The notes under the pieces: model-generated
What the model was told of the DNA's origin: nothing
The model's input: the letters and a program-made list of their open reading frames with translations, nothing else
Databases searched by the model: none
IMG/VR virus record: IMGVR_UViG_3300031912_000001
Length of the DNA stretch: 64,000 nt
Origin: an uncultured virus (IMG/VR IMGVR_UViG_3300031912_000001)
Lineage: Duplodnaviria > Heunggongvirae > Uroviricota > Caudoviricetes
Reading direction: 5' to 3' (one strand)
Position numbers and translations under genes: made by a program
Shown here: positions 22,601-29,567 of the stretch, piece by piece
Position numbering within the stretch: position 1 is the first letter of the stretch
Layout of the letters: every line of letters starts with the position of its first letter

Positions 22601-22966
22601 CGGCGCGTCAAGATTCTGCATCTCCTGCGCGAACCGCGTACTGTACGTCGCCCCGTGACGCGCGGCCGCCGCCGCGATGCTCGACTCCCCCGCCGTCAAC
22701 GCGTACTGCAGCCCCGTCGGGAACAAACTCTGCAACGTCTGCAGGAACCCGCCGTGCCACGCCTGCGCATGACGCGTACCCGCAGCCGCCGACGCCGACG
22801 TCGAAGCCGCCAACGCCCGGTCGAACGTCGCCGCCATCCGCGCCGTCAAATCCGGGGTGAACGTCTCCCCGAACCCCTGCGCCGCCTGCTGACCGAGCCG
22901 ACGCATCTGCTCGAGGATGCCCGCCGCGCTCGCGGCGACGTCAACCCACGAAACCGGCTCGGACAT
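13697..22966 (-). CDS. tape measure protein with two lytic-transglycosylase-like domains and a peptidase-like domain
   Basis: 3089 aa, Ala/Gly-rich helical repeats, follows the tail chaperones; ESSWDP...GLGQ and ESG...GLAQ SLT-like motifs; HxxHVH motif. Confidence 0.9.
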   Translation of the reverse strand: MSEPVSWVDVAASAAGILEQMRRLGQQAAQGFGETFTPDLTARMAATFDRALAASTSASAAAGTRHAQAWHGGFLQTLQSLFPTGLQYALTAGESSIAAAAARHGATYSTRFAQEMQNLDAPAGALIRAEPAVEAAGVRHAQAFGRGFNPGLASLGPSLAAGLAKGEPYAAAAGRQHGQAFSGGWLETVAAAGLVPRLALTQTAETAAAGAAHGQAYKGGFAQAVAALQAVPGQILISGEPVAAAAGERTGRSWQSGFAQAMAALQPVQHLFVGGEPEAAAAGQRTGHAFSGGILQTMQNLSASPLWAHILDIEQQVGAKERGTAIGQALVGGITQTVSTLGSGRLSIFVENEFNRILPGVQAGVNRMVQEVERVNFESILAGKVGRWGTTLTPAFAQAGAQGAQGMSSGFSSTISSLVSRFLPAGLRPMVRQFFGDTGQEAGDVFRTNIEKGSTEAWKEHIEATKAMGGQMVSGVKNFSEEAAQAMEQSAKKMSGFAKLAVGTAIVEAARNAVENIKNVVALVENEVGAFAKVGKEAADTLMDTFAAVVAGKMPDVGRVFSLFEDVAKTSIQLPLNIINTEIDNTVGRIPIIGEAFKGLIAPVEQAFGAIFALIDEYKSLAGTFADTLMDIGNKWQDAARTIAGQTLGTEKLGEYLDMVRNIAASGDLVHFKDVADIVGELGTRLSGLGNGAGLTNQQIEQLATTLAEGNELLGDTKINVDNLTAAFNAFNVQPEKTNEELTILINLVRESGAAVNDLLRDLDATSPAWQALGFSMDGAALVMTQFNELLGRPSMERLPFAIAKLPETLDKAGISQEQMNAVLMDFIHRIDEAGGTSTEAGRKIMGEAERWGMFFLGSAKNTEVYMDGLRLGIPLAADAAGRAVDAQRVKLTQPFDEALQATKNLEQELEVLSQQVGAALAPLGTGLVTALTGVGDKISTWLQTHQVEFIGFVGAIGEKLLDWGSRISHFLAGIMRGMSGTVEFFKNAAVIALMAVDGVINMMTAKFALIPSWLDPTGFVKAMQGIHDATGKAMEPLRGLLNLDVGAWMRTGAAGLDALGNSLEGLEGPLADLVSHSQNAAAMWEASRATFAKPLIDPTTHQQVGMEAAKLQDAFGGSLQTGMTIDPAAWDEVVGNFAQRGIDIIGDKTTGKITQIKAHTQEELNDLEQFLNTKYGAQFADITRNIEFKVEVPPGKTVEQYLHDDIGVPSELAKPDGIHADVFLDFKGLPPDQAKALRDLLGLGGGTPGVATETKPGEPQQGPSTTPAAPEHKNWFQQHWQDIIGLFLASGGTVTGGSGGVDDVPAMLTAGEKVMNLAASEKWGPLLDAMNAGGPIQSFATGGTVLDAAAIPENMRTGTSLSEAITLPASIALTTPQPMDEADTMTRVGIPDKYQGTVQSEGVSMPGVSVPTSLDTKNAESKSTEDVMTAIGIPSKNQTSDGVSIDVKLKLAAGATLPDGGDSLSSPSAADGVSPGPGPGGPMQDQVVAALFRGGFAGFAEGDIVQPFDPMEKWGTYGPKGHQNWEDLKAGAFIAMNPGLFPGLQHGGHARASLSYHEPTHLAPHVGLPGTSAKFWSHMAQGGFPASDAQYINNIIPGESSWDPKNVNWVDSNAIKGDNTVGLGQLTLSNYRTFGPFPQVTSVAAAQALTPYQQLVAMVNYIKSRYHTPAAAWAHWQIGRNYADGGFATGAVPFTPDPGKQRKVLGPGGRGMFPEQPHGRIPWFPLWPNYPDPTQPPFPQDPKAWDDWPPHIGFPDPGPAVIPNDPAFPWRGFDDGGNAGYDPSKIVPSEWAPHDVGDITTGVIPVNAWRAASTALKRLFVMKWTLAALRAEGLDPHADGGGGIPWLDGMQRVISLESGAGTPGDPNSINMYDENWPRHPSIGLAQVIGPTAAAVGIPADQLIDPVQNIRASIRTIRRHPAGLADIGEASGVQVGYSALGGRIGLQLGGDGGGKSLLAGFLQGMLGELGFTMPQGGGGADHKSFWDQILGSDSEGFAGGGHIKGYHLPGRDTVPMNVPSGTFIMNRHRSMQYRDILDQMLGMAAGGMIPIITEPGERVIPPGTAPAGLLHAMNQGQLLRRAYGGGTGVLQVIYNPPGTQEYFGEAAPYGKVGPGTSQPGYYNEDWSGHHGHVHTSFETGPNGEPYGMPIGTNLPGGGHEHPEFASAGFPWIAQLGRRYGLYASTYPGHQEHGGKNHGLDWWPVGKADMSGLSYTPEETARLKSFASAMVSTGAGAQASWASGLSGSTYAATSGRGGTHRIGSAQARAALKAILPPWLSRALGLQLGGAAIGANGPIVPSPSGMLGGDGPDDTIDQPSDTDPTTGTTKIILVTGRGRHGDPNVPTVPAPVGPGQPLLEPPPSWAQPIAPAGAPRPSATAIETPYGWFEQPWHMPGVPAGAGPEQISQITGQTIPELKKLSDWLEKAKRAQERLATSTTDLATAQQNDQGATIRVSNARTELQAAIDEGTKITHAQVGSAEYEAWAARERADTNSRLSKAEKELREALANQVQTSKALSHAQTSLSDTTDAEEQEMFNAPPWEGKAAEAATSPDSNAAAMGAGLIKGMAQELGFGDVFGKPPWQWGIWKLFAGGASYALNIANAIGEGLPAAQGIPAVGGLPVPQGTGPLPGPADQGQFPAAPTQPGQPGATETPDAQGVYTLPDGTKDIPDPEDGGYLKAHGTVEQGWSYSSETKRYYPPGKGPKPVPPTQGTGQPAQAPTVNKLPPHGPDEWWKPMGGGNQQLMKGKGKDAKEVPGEIYNQDSGAKIVVPAPPPPPPPPPPPGGQPVGGGPGQGFFPPPGAAPQPPWNPQQPPGPPAPPRPPPHWDTATNNWLDENNQPVQGPNLNPTNPLAPLQGGGQAAPFGGNIVSPATFGYGDGGTPAGGGGGGGGLNLSNMGDWLMHPARSAMMQAWARGELNLPGVKPPTPQQMAAARATTPGAPTPAAPSAPAPAAPLPDHVAKAIGLPTADGYTGGQGAPFARNIVSPATFGYGGPSYTYGRDSAHAPPSAASVTPAMVRSEGPAGAPQLATAAVRRTDVGGNIGTQVNINNNGVTPGHVFNAQAQQAVNAGTRAPAMSGGSVGGMTLGG

Positions 22967-23897
22967 CAGTACGTCCTCATCCGGCCGCGCCTACCCGTCT
23001 TACCAGCGGCGGCGGCCGCGTACCGGGCCTTGTCGCGGCGCTCGGCCTCGTCCCACGTCATCGCGTCGGCGGGGAAGAATTTGGCCTCGGTCATCGGATC
23101 GTCGCGGCGCGCCTCCATGCCTGGCCGTTGATACGCGTCGGGCAGGCGCGCCACGCCGGCCGCCTGCTCCTGCATGTTCGCCAGCAGATGCGCCTCACGC
23201 GACCAGCCCTGATCGAGGTAGTAGCGCACGCTCGAGGACGGCGGCGCCGCCGTCACGATCGACACCATCTCCGCGAGACTCAGATCATGCACGTCACGCC
23301 CCAGCGCCATCACGTCCCGATGAAAGGCGTGCCAGCACTCGCCGATGACGTGCGCCAGCATTAGGATTCCCCCGGCGGCCCCACCTGCGTCTGCGGCGCA
23401 ACGGCCGGCGTGAACCAGCCCATGAAGAACGCGGCCTGCTCATCGTCGGGCAGCAGCGTCACCCGCTCCTGAATCGGGTCGGGCACCTTCGCCATGTCCA
23501 TCCACTCGAAGGACTGCTGGATCTGATCCAGCTTGCGCAGACGCCACATGAAGTGATAAGTCGGCCTGACCGTCGTGATGTGCGGAAACACGATCGGCGC
23601 GTCCCCGGCCCGCGACCCCGGCTTCGGGGTGAACACATACACCTTCGTGTCCGCCCCATACGGATGATCCGGCGTCCCAGGCGGATTCACCGACACCGGC
23701 TCCGGGCGCGTCGTCGGAACGAACTCCTCCGGGTCCGGCACCGCCGCCGTGAACGGATTCTGCGTACCCGGCGCCGACGCATCCGGCGGCGCGATCGATA
23801 CCGGCACCGAACCGTTCGGTGAACCATTGCTCGCCGCTACCCGCTTGGCCGCCTTACGAGGAGCCGTCCCCTTCGGCTTCTTGGCAGCAGTCGTCAT
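22966..23897 (-). CDS. tail assembly chaperones (short form 23361..23897; long form by -1 frameshift into 22966..23361)
   Basis: Between major tail and tape measure; slippery GGGGGAA at 23367-23373 just before the first stop; the -1 frame reads GGA ATC CTA ATG CTG into the second ORF. Confidence 0.85.
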
Positions 23898-23948
23898 AGA
23901 TACTCCCAGAAGTTTGCTAGGTGATCTATAATGCCTGATCAGATGGCA

Positions 23949-24542
23949 TTACAGCGTTTGCCCATCGTCCCAGTACTCATAAGCGTGGTTGTTATTTGCG
24001 TCTGGGAACGGACGAAGCGTCAAGTCGAACATCGCCAATTCCTTATGGACCCACTTCAGCGGACCCACCAGCGTGATACGCCCCGTCGGGATCACCAGCC
24101 GCATCGTCATCGACAAGTAGTACGCGTCGATGCACCACGACTGATACGGCAACAGCTCACGGTTCAGCTTCGCGGCGATCAACGTGCCGGTCGTCGCGGT
24201 CGGCGGGGTCACGGTCACGTTCTGCGCACCGTGCGCCGCGCGCTGCACGTCGGCGTTCATCATCTGCATAAGCTTAAATTTTATGGTCAGACCATACTTA
24301 TCTTGAAGAATCGCGACCAGGTCACCACCCCAGTCGTTGACCTCGGTGTTCGGCCGCTCTTCAGTTCGGTCGACACCATCGACACTGACCCGGCCCAGCG
24401 TGATGAACGCCGCGTTCAGGGCGCTGGTCGAATCCGTGGGCAAAGGCGTGCCCAGAGGGGCCGTCAGAACACCGCCGGTCACCTTTGGATAAGGGGCAGC
24501 GACCTCCTGAACCTCGGCCTCGAGGAGTGGGGGTGAAGTCAT
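23949..24542 (-). CDS. major tail (tube) protein
   Basis: 197 aa, APLGTPLPT...LGRVSVDGV...DWGGD motif; strong SD AGGAGG. Confidence 0.85.
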   Translation of the reverse strand: MTSPPLLEAEVQEVAAPYPKVTGGVLTAPLGTPLPTDSTSALNAAFITLGRVSVDGVDRTEERPNTEVNDWGGDLVAILQDKYGLTIKFKLMQMMNADVQRAAHGAQNVTVTPPTATTGTLIAAKLNRELLPYQSWCIDAYYLSMTMRLVIPTGRITLVGPLKWVHKELAMFDLTLRPFPDANNNHAYEYWDDGQTL

Positions 24543-24570
24543 AGCATTCCTCCTGCTAGTGGGGATTCAC

Positions 24571-24619
24571 GAGCGCAGGATCACATCAGGTTTGCCGTGG
24601 ACGGACGCGACACGCCGCG
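24571..24619 (-). promoter_or_regulatory. putative late promoter CCACGG-N12-GATCCT with adjacent GCGACACGCCG element
   Basis: Minus strand CCACGG CAAACCTGATGT GATCCT; plus-strand GCGACACGCCG starts at 24607. Confidence 0.6.
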
Positions 24620-24661
24620 AAAATCCCGCAGCGGATCGGCAAACGGGACTTACGTATCACT

Positions 24662-25027
24662 GTGCAGATCACGGGCCCGGCCTGCAGGGTGGCGCGCTGC
24701 CCACAACCCGCGGCGCGGCGCGGCATGTGCTGGATGCACTACAAACGCTGGCTAAAATACGGCGGCACGGGACCGGCCGGCCCGATCGGCCGGAAAGCCT
24801 CCCTCGAGGACCGCTTCACCAACCACGTCCAGCTCGGCGCCTGCTACATCTGGACCGGCTACGTCCACGCCAGCGGCTACGGCGCGATCCGCACCGGACA
24901 CCGACTGATCTACGTTCACCGCTATGCGTGGGAACACGAATACGGCCCGATTCCGCCCGGCGCCAAGGTGATCCAGACTTGCCGCAACAAACTGTGCGTG
25001 CGACCCGATCACCTCGAGCTGGGTTAG
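24662..25027 (+). CDS. HNH endonuclease-like protein, probably catalytically inactive
   Basis: CYIWTG...GYG...VHR...CRNKLCVRPDHL; the expected catalytic His is Gln and the final helix is missing. Confidence 0.7.
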   Translation: MQITGPACRVARCPQPAARRGMCWMHYKRWLKYGGTGPAGPIGRKASLEDRFTNHVQLGACYIWTGYVHASGYGAIRTGHRLIYVHRYAWEHEYGPIPPGAKVIQTCRNKLCVRPDHLELG

Positions 25028-25581
25028 CGTTTCCGGCCGGGCCGCGGTGCTTGGGCGATCTGGTTCTGGGCCACGATCTGCTCCGGTGTGACTCTGCGGG
25101 TGATCCGCTGCCCGGGGATGATCGGCAGACCGGGGACGCGCCAGGTGACCATCGCGCGATATCTCGTCATCGCCACCATCGGATCAGCCTTGCGCAGCGC
25201 GTTCGCGGTGCATCTCGAGTACGTGCAGTACCACTTGTCACCGTTCGGCATGACGGTCACGGTGCCTTGCGCGTTGGCGCCCCACGCGACCGCCTCCCCG
25301 ATCAGTTCCTCGGCCATCGCCTCATCGGTGTTGTTGGCGTAGGCGTGCAAAATGATCGCAACGTCCCACAAGATGCCGTCGGGGCGTAGCACACCGCCGC
25401 CGGCCTCCAGGCGCAAGAACCCGTTGATGGTGTCCTCGGTGAGGCTGGGTTTCGGGACGCGGGTGCCGCACGGGGTCGGCGCGACGAGCGCCGGGAAATA
25501 CTGCAACCCGAGCAGCTCGGTGGGCGGCGGGCGGGTCGTCTGCCACGGCCGCACTGTGCTGGGGTTGACGGGGGCGCTCAT
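25024..25581 (-). CDS. tail terminator
   Basis: Immediately upstream of the major tail gene; size and FLRLEAGGG...LHAYA...RYR pattern. Confidence 0.65.
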   Translation of the reverse strand: MSAPVNPSTVRPWQTTRPPPTELLGLQYFPALVAPTPCGTRVPKPSLTEDTINGFLRLEAGGGVLRPDGILWDVAIILHAYANNTDEAMAEELIGEAVAWGANAQGTVTVMPNGDKWYCTYSRCTANALRKADPMVAMTRYRAMVTWRVPGLPIIPGQRITRRVTPEQIVAQNQIAQAPRPGRKR

Positions 25582-26168
25582 ATTCCGAATCCCGGTCCGA
25601 ATTCTTCGTCGCCCTTGAAGTAGCCGCGACCCTCTGGGCCCTCCTGGTGGGGTTGATGCGCGGGGTGGGCGGGTTCGCTTTCCACGTCGGCGTGACCCTC
25701 ATCGAAGCCGGTGTACTGCCATGCGCCTTCTTCGCTGACACCCCACGGGTAGGGGTCCGACCCGACGGTGGCCAGCGCCTTGAGCAGGGTGGAGTTGTGC
25801 AGGTCGTCTTCGTAGGCTTTGGCGTTGGCGGGTCGCACGCGGGCGCGGGCGCGGATGTTCTCGGGCCGGTTGGACACCACGTATTCGTATTCGGCGCCTT
25901 CGATGACGGCCAGGTCGTTGGCGGTGTCGGCGATGTCCGCGGCGCGTTGCGCGACACGAGCGACGATCTCGGGGTCGTGCATCATGTCGCGGAATGCCCG
26001 CGGGTTGATAACCAACCGCATCCCGGGGGCGATCTCGATGCTGGTGGGAAACGACGAGGGTTCACCGGGCGCGGCGCCCATGCCTTCGTCGGCGGCGGAT
26101 TCGGCGAACGCGTCGTAGCTAGTGAGCTCGCCCCACGCCTCACCTTCCTCGCCGAACATCTCCGTCAT
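25578..26168 (-). CDS. head-tail/neck protein (HK97 gp10-like position)
   Basis: Likely ATG at 26168 (TGATG overlap); RARARV...LLKAL motif. Confidence 0.55.
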   Translation of the reverse strand: MTEMFGEEGEAWGELTSYDAFAESAADEGMGAAPGEPSSFPTSIEIAPGMRLVINPRAFRDMMHDPEIVARVAQRAADIADTANDLAVIEGAEYEYVVSNRPENIRARARVRPANAKAYEDDLHNSTLLKALATVGSDPYPWGVSEEGAWQYTGFDEGHADVESEPAHPAHQPHQEGPEGRGYFKGDEEFGPGFGI

Positions 26169-26629
26169 CAGGTGGTTCTCCGAATTTTTACAACGCCGCC
26201 GAATTGCATCGTCAACCGCGGCCACGGCGACATGCGGTCCTCGGCCGGGTCACCGTCCACCCAGTAGGCGACACCGTTGGGTTCCCCGTCGGGGGTGGTC
26301 GGCGAATACGTGTAGTTACCGTCCACATCCTGATCCAGGGTGGCGTAGAGGATGATCTGGTCCCCCGCCGAATAGCTGGTGGGGTCGGGGACGCTCATAT
26401 GCAGGATCGTTTCGGTGCGTTCCTGAAACTCCGGTCCCATCACCTGGTGGCTCGAGCCGCGCCGCCCGAACTGCGACACGTCGTAATAGTTACGGACCAC
26501 CGGCGGGTCGTCGACGACCACCCAGTTGTCGTGGTCATCCTTGCGGGTGGTGTCCTCCCAGCGGGCGATGTGCACACACTGCCACGGGGTGGTGGTGAAC
26601 GGTCTGGTCGGCCACGGCTTGGTCGGCAT
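26168..26629 (-). CDS. head-to-tail stopper
   Basis: Synteny; DDHDNW...GDQI...YWVDGDP...GGVVKIRR pattern. Confidence 0.65.
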   Translation of the reverse strand: MPTKPWPTRPFTTTPWQCVHIARWEDTTRKDDHDNWVVVDDPPVVRNYYDVSQFGRRGSSHQVMGPEFQERTETILHMSVPDPTSYSAGDQIILYATLDQDVDGNYTYSPTTPDGEPNGVAYWVDGDPAEDRMSPWPRLTMQFGGVVKIRRTT

Positions 26630-26632
26630 CGT

Positions 26633-26791
26633 TCACCACCGGTGCCCGCTCGTGCACAGGTGCCGCTTGTCGATGCGCCCACCACCCAACACGGTGGTGT
26701 GCCCCAGCACCGGGCCCAGCATCCGCGCCTGTATCCCCTGCAGGCAGGTCCGCCCGCAGTACGGGCACGGGGCGTGGCATCGCTGGCGCAT
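26633..26791 (-). CDS. small Cys/His-rich hypothetical protein (52 aa)
   Basis: TGATG-coupled ORF MRQRCHAPCPYCGRTC...HLCTSGHRW, not listed in the ORF track. Confidence 0.45.
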   Translation of the reverse strand: MRQRCHAPCPYCGRTCLQGIQARMLGPVLGHTTVLGGGRIDKRHLCTSGHRW

Positions 26792-27447
26792 CACCGCACC
26801 ATCGGCAGCCGGAACGGCGACAGCCGGTTCTTCTGATCACAGTTGAGCGTCAAACCGTAGGCTTGCATCAGCTGCAGCCGAAACCCCGGCGTCTGAACCT
26901 CTTTCACATTGCCCGCGGACACCTCGGTGGACACCGTGGTCAGCTCGTAGGCGATCTCCTTGATCACCGTCGGCACCTCCGCGTAACCACTGTTGAACGC
27001 CACCGTCACCAGCCCGAGCTGATAGATCGGCAGAAACGACCAGTTGTCGGGGCCGTAGTAGAAACCGCCGTACGCCGACCACCAGTGCCAGCCGATCGGC
27101 TCGATCACCCCGTAATCGAACCAGTTGTATTGGGTGGGGTCCAAGATCTGATCATCCTGACCGCCCTGACTCTGGATGGTCACCGACTCCACCGCGGTCA
27201 CCATCAGCGACGGCACCTGGATGAGACCCTTCGCCCCGATCCGCAGGTTCGTTTCGATCAACGCCAAATTCGGCCAGATGTGCCAACCGCAGTAGGTGCG
27301 GATCGCGTCGCCGGCCACCTCCAGAAACCAGTTCGGGTCCTGAGCCTGATACGCCGCCCAGTCCGGGTCGCCCGGATCGAGCAGCGGCGGCAGCCCCGTC
27401 TGCGCCGTAAGGGCACCACCGCTGGACAGCCCGGCCGCCACCGTCAT
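26791..27447 (-). CDS. head-to-tail adaptor
   Basis: AIRTYCGWHIWP...SGYAEVP...LSPFRL, typical of actinophage adaptors. Confidence 0.8.
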   Translation of the reverse strand: MTVAAGLSSGGALTAQTGLPPLLDPGDPDWAAYQAQDPNWFLEVAGDAIRTYCGWHIWPNLALIETNLRIGAKGLIQVPSLMVTAVESVTIQSQGGQDDQILDPTQYNWFDYGVIEPIGWHWWSAYGGFYYGPDNWSFLPIYQLGLVTVAFNSGYAEVPTVIKEIAYELTTVSTEVSAGNVKEVQTPGFRLQLMQAYGLTLNCDQKNRLSPFRLPMVR

Positions 27448-27462
27448 GGTCTACCTCCCGCG

Positions 27463-27945
27463 CTATTCGGCCAGGGCGTCGCGCAGCTTGGCCTGCAAAT
27501 CCGGCTTACGGTCCTCGTGGGAATGCTCGACCCCCAGCGCGTCCAGCTCGGAACGCAGCTCGGCCACCGTCAACGACTCCACATCCACCTCACGCTCGAC
27601 CGGTTCGGGTCCCTCGAGCTCCTCGACGACCTCCTCCTCGATCGGGGCGTCCTCGTCCACGGTGGCGTCACCCTCAGCCAACAGCTCACCGGTCAACGCG
27701 TCAACCAGATCCACCACCTCATCCTCATCGGACACCGCGCACTCGGCCGCGAGCGCCGCAAGCTCCTCAGGGACCTCCAGCCCGGCCGCCTCAAGCGCTT
27801 CCACCCGCTCGGCCACCGCACGCGCCCGCGCCACCTGAACATCACGCACATACAGACCGCCCTGCGGCGGCGCCGACAACCGCCCAGCCTTACCAACAAC
27901 GAGGCGCACTTCTCGGGGCGCGACCGACTCACGACCAATCGCCAT
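27463..27945 (-). CDS. acidic protein with a C-terminal HeH/SAP-like helical module
   Basis: LTVAELRSELDALGV...KPDL; leaderless ATG 6 nt after TATCCT. Confidence 0.55.
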   Translation of the reverse strand: MAIGRESVAPREVRLVVGKAGRLSAPPQGGLYVRDVQVARARAVAERVEALEAAGLEVPEELAALAAECAVSDEDEVVDLVDALTGELLAEGDATVDEDAPIEEEVVEELEGPEPVEREVDVESLTVAELRSELDALGVEHSHEDRKPDLQAKLRDALAE

Positions 27946-28138
27946 ACGCGCAGGATAAACGCGGCCCAGCCCCGCGGCGGCGCGGCGCGCCGACACCCCC
28001 GATGTTCACGTTCTATAGTCGCAGCGACGCTGTACAGTCATCTGGGTGACGTTGTGCAGCAGATGGCGGGCACGCCACAAACGCAGCCTCGTCACCATCC
28101 GATACGACAACTTCACCATCACAACCAAAGGAGAAGAA

Positions 28139-28474
28139 GTGGCTTACACACTGCCCGCGGACATGCAAGTCGAGGTCAAGGTCTCCTACGTCGACGCCAG
28201 CGGCAACCCCGCCGGCGTCGACGGCGCCGTGGTCTGGGACACCAGCGACGCCACCATCGCCAAAGTCGTCGTCAACAGCGCCGACAGCACCCTATGCGAG
28301 GTCATCGCACCCGGCCCGGTCGGCAACGCCCAAGTCACCGCCACCGCCGACGCCGACCTCGGAGCCGGCACCACACCACTGATCACCACCCTCGACGTCA
28401 CCGTCGTCGCCGGACAGGCCGTCGCCGGCACCATCAGCCCCGTCGGACCCGCCGAACCCATACCAGGGGTCTGA
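28139..28474 (+). CDS. Ig-like beta-sandwich protein (alternative start 28046)
   Basis: SD AAGGAG before GTG; VDASGNPA...VVWDTSDATIAKV...GNAQVTATA resembles Big-type domains. Confidence 0.55.
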   Translation: MAYTLPADMQVEVKVSYVDASGNPAGVDGAVVWDTSDATIAKVVVNSADSTLCEVIAPGPVGNAQVTATADADLGAGTTPLITTLDVTVVAGQAVAGTISPVGPAEPIPGV

Positions 28475-28690
28475 CTATCTGACTACTCGAAGCTTCGGCT
28501 CAGACGGACGCAGCGCGGGCGGCAACTCAGCATCCAACGACTCGCGCCACACGGTCACCGCATCAGCTAGCCGATGCGTTGCGTCCTGCAATTTGCGCGG
28601 TGTCATCACACCCTCGCAAAGAGCCTTCAAGTCATCAGCCGCCTCGATAACCTCCTCAAGCAGCGCCCATCCGTCATTACGATCGCTCAT
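28475..28690 (-). CDS. hypothetical protein
   Basis: ATGA overlap with the upstream HNH gene. Confidence 0.4.
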   Translation of the reverse strand: MSDRNDGWALLEEVIEAADDLKALCEGVMTPRKLQDATHRLADAVTVWRESLDAELPPALRPSEPKLRVVR

Positions 28691-29427
28691 GATCCGCGCA
28701 CCGGAGTTGTGAGTGCCCGAGCGATGTCCCATCCTCGGCCGAGGCGATCGAACAATCGGTTGTAAGGCATGTTGAACTCTGCCGCCCACTGCACCAGCGA
28801 CTGAGTGCGGCCATCGAAAGTAGCAGAACGGCTATTGCTCCGATTGCGGATCTGCTCAGTAGCGGTAGCCCAACGGCAGTTCTCGGGTGAATACGGACCC
28901 TGGAAATCTATTCGATCTAAGGTTGTACCGGCTGGCCGTACGCCCATATCGGCTAGAAAGACAGTGAAATCATCCCAGCGCGGATCAACAGTGATGCGGT
29001 CGATATACCGGATGCTTTCGCGGCAGCGTTGGCGCATGGAGACCCAGCTTTGATATGTAGGCGTGCCTGTCAGACCATGCGAAGTGCCGTATCCATTCCT
29101 AGTCACGGTTTCCAGATGAAGGCAGCCGCACGATTGAGTGTTGCCATTCCGAAGCGGGGCGGTGGGTACGTCTACTTCGTTACCGCACTCGCATAAGCAT
29201 TTCCAATAGCGAATTTTGTCGCCATTTTTCTTCTGGCGGCTCCCGGCCAGGGCAATGACGGTCAGTCGCCCAAACGGCTGCCCTACTAAGTAGGGACGAC
29301 CCCATAGAACTGTGGGATGCGTACCTAACGGCGTTGGTATCAACCATGAGCACTCGCCCTCGCCAAATGTGTGGTCATCGGGGTCGAGATCATCGAATGA
29401 CATCTGCGCAGGATTACGGTGGACCAT
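28687..29427 (-). CDS. HNH-family homing endonuclease
   Basis: FGRLTV...WKCLCECG...SCGC...TLDRID..GPYSPENCRWAT..EQ..N; lower GC than its neighbours. Confidence 0.8.
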   Translation of the reverse strand: MVHRNPAQMSFDDLDPDDHTFGEGECSWLIPTPLGTHPTVLWGRPYLVGQPFGRLTVIALAGSRQKKNGDKIRYWKCLCECGNEVDVPTAPLRNGNTQSCGCLHLETVTRNGYGTSHGLTGTPTYQSWVSMRQRCRESIRYIDRITVDPRWDDFTVFLADMGVRPAGTTLDRIDFQGPYSPENCRWATATEQIRNRSNSRSATFDGRTQSLVQWAAEFNMPYNRLFDRLGRGWDIARALTTPVRGS

Positions 29428-29516
29428 GTCGGCTCCTAACTAGTCGGCCACGCCTCGGGGCCGTGCAAGCGGCCGCCGAGGTCTTTCCTACCATAGGGGT
29501 CCGACAATAGGTACAG

Positions 29517-29555
29517 CAAACTCCCGCGCTGCCTATTGGCAAACGCGGGAGTTTG
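29517..29555 (-). terminator. stem-loop after the capsid gene
   Basis: CAAACTCCCGCG...CGCGGGAGTTTG 12-bp inverted repeat 12 nt downstream of the capsid stop. Confidence 0.55.
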
Positions 29556-29567
29556 TAGAACTGCAGG

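Noticed and set aside
23929..23951. TAATGCC...GGCATTA hairpin after the major tail gene
   Set aside because: Short stem with no U-tract; cannot support a terminator call.
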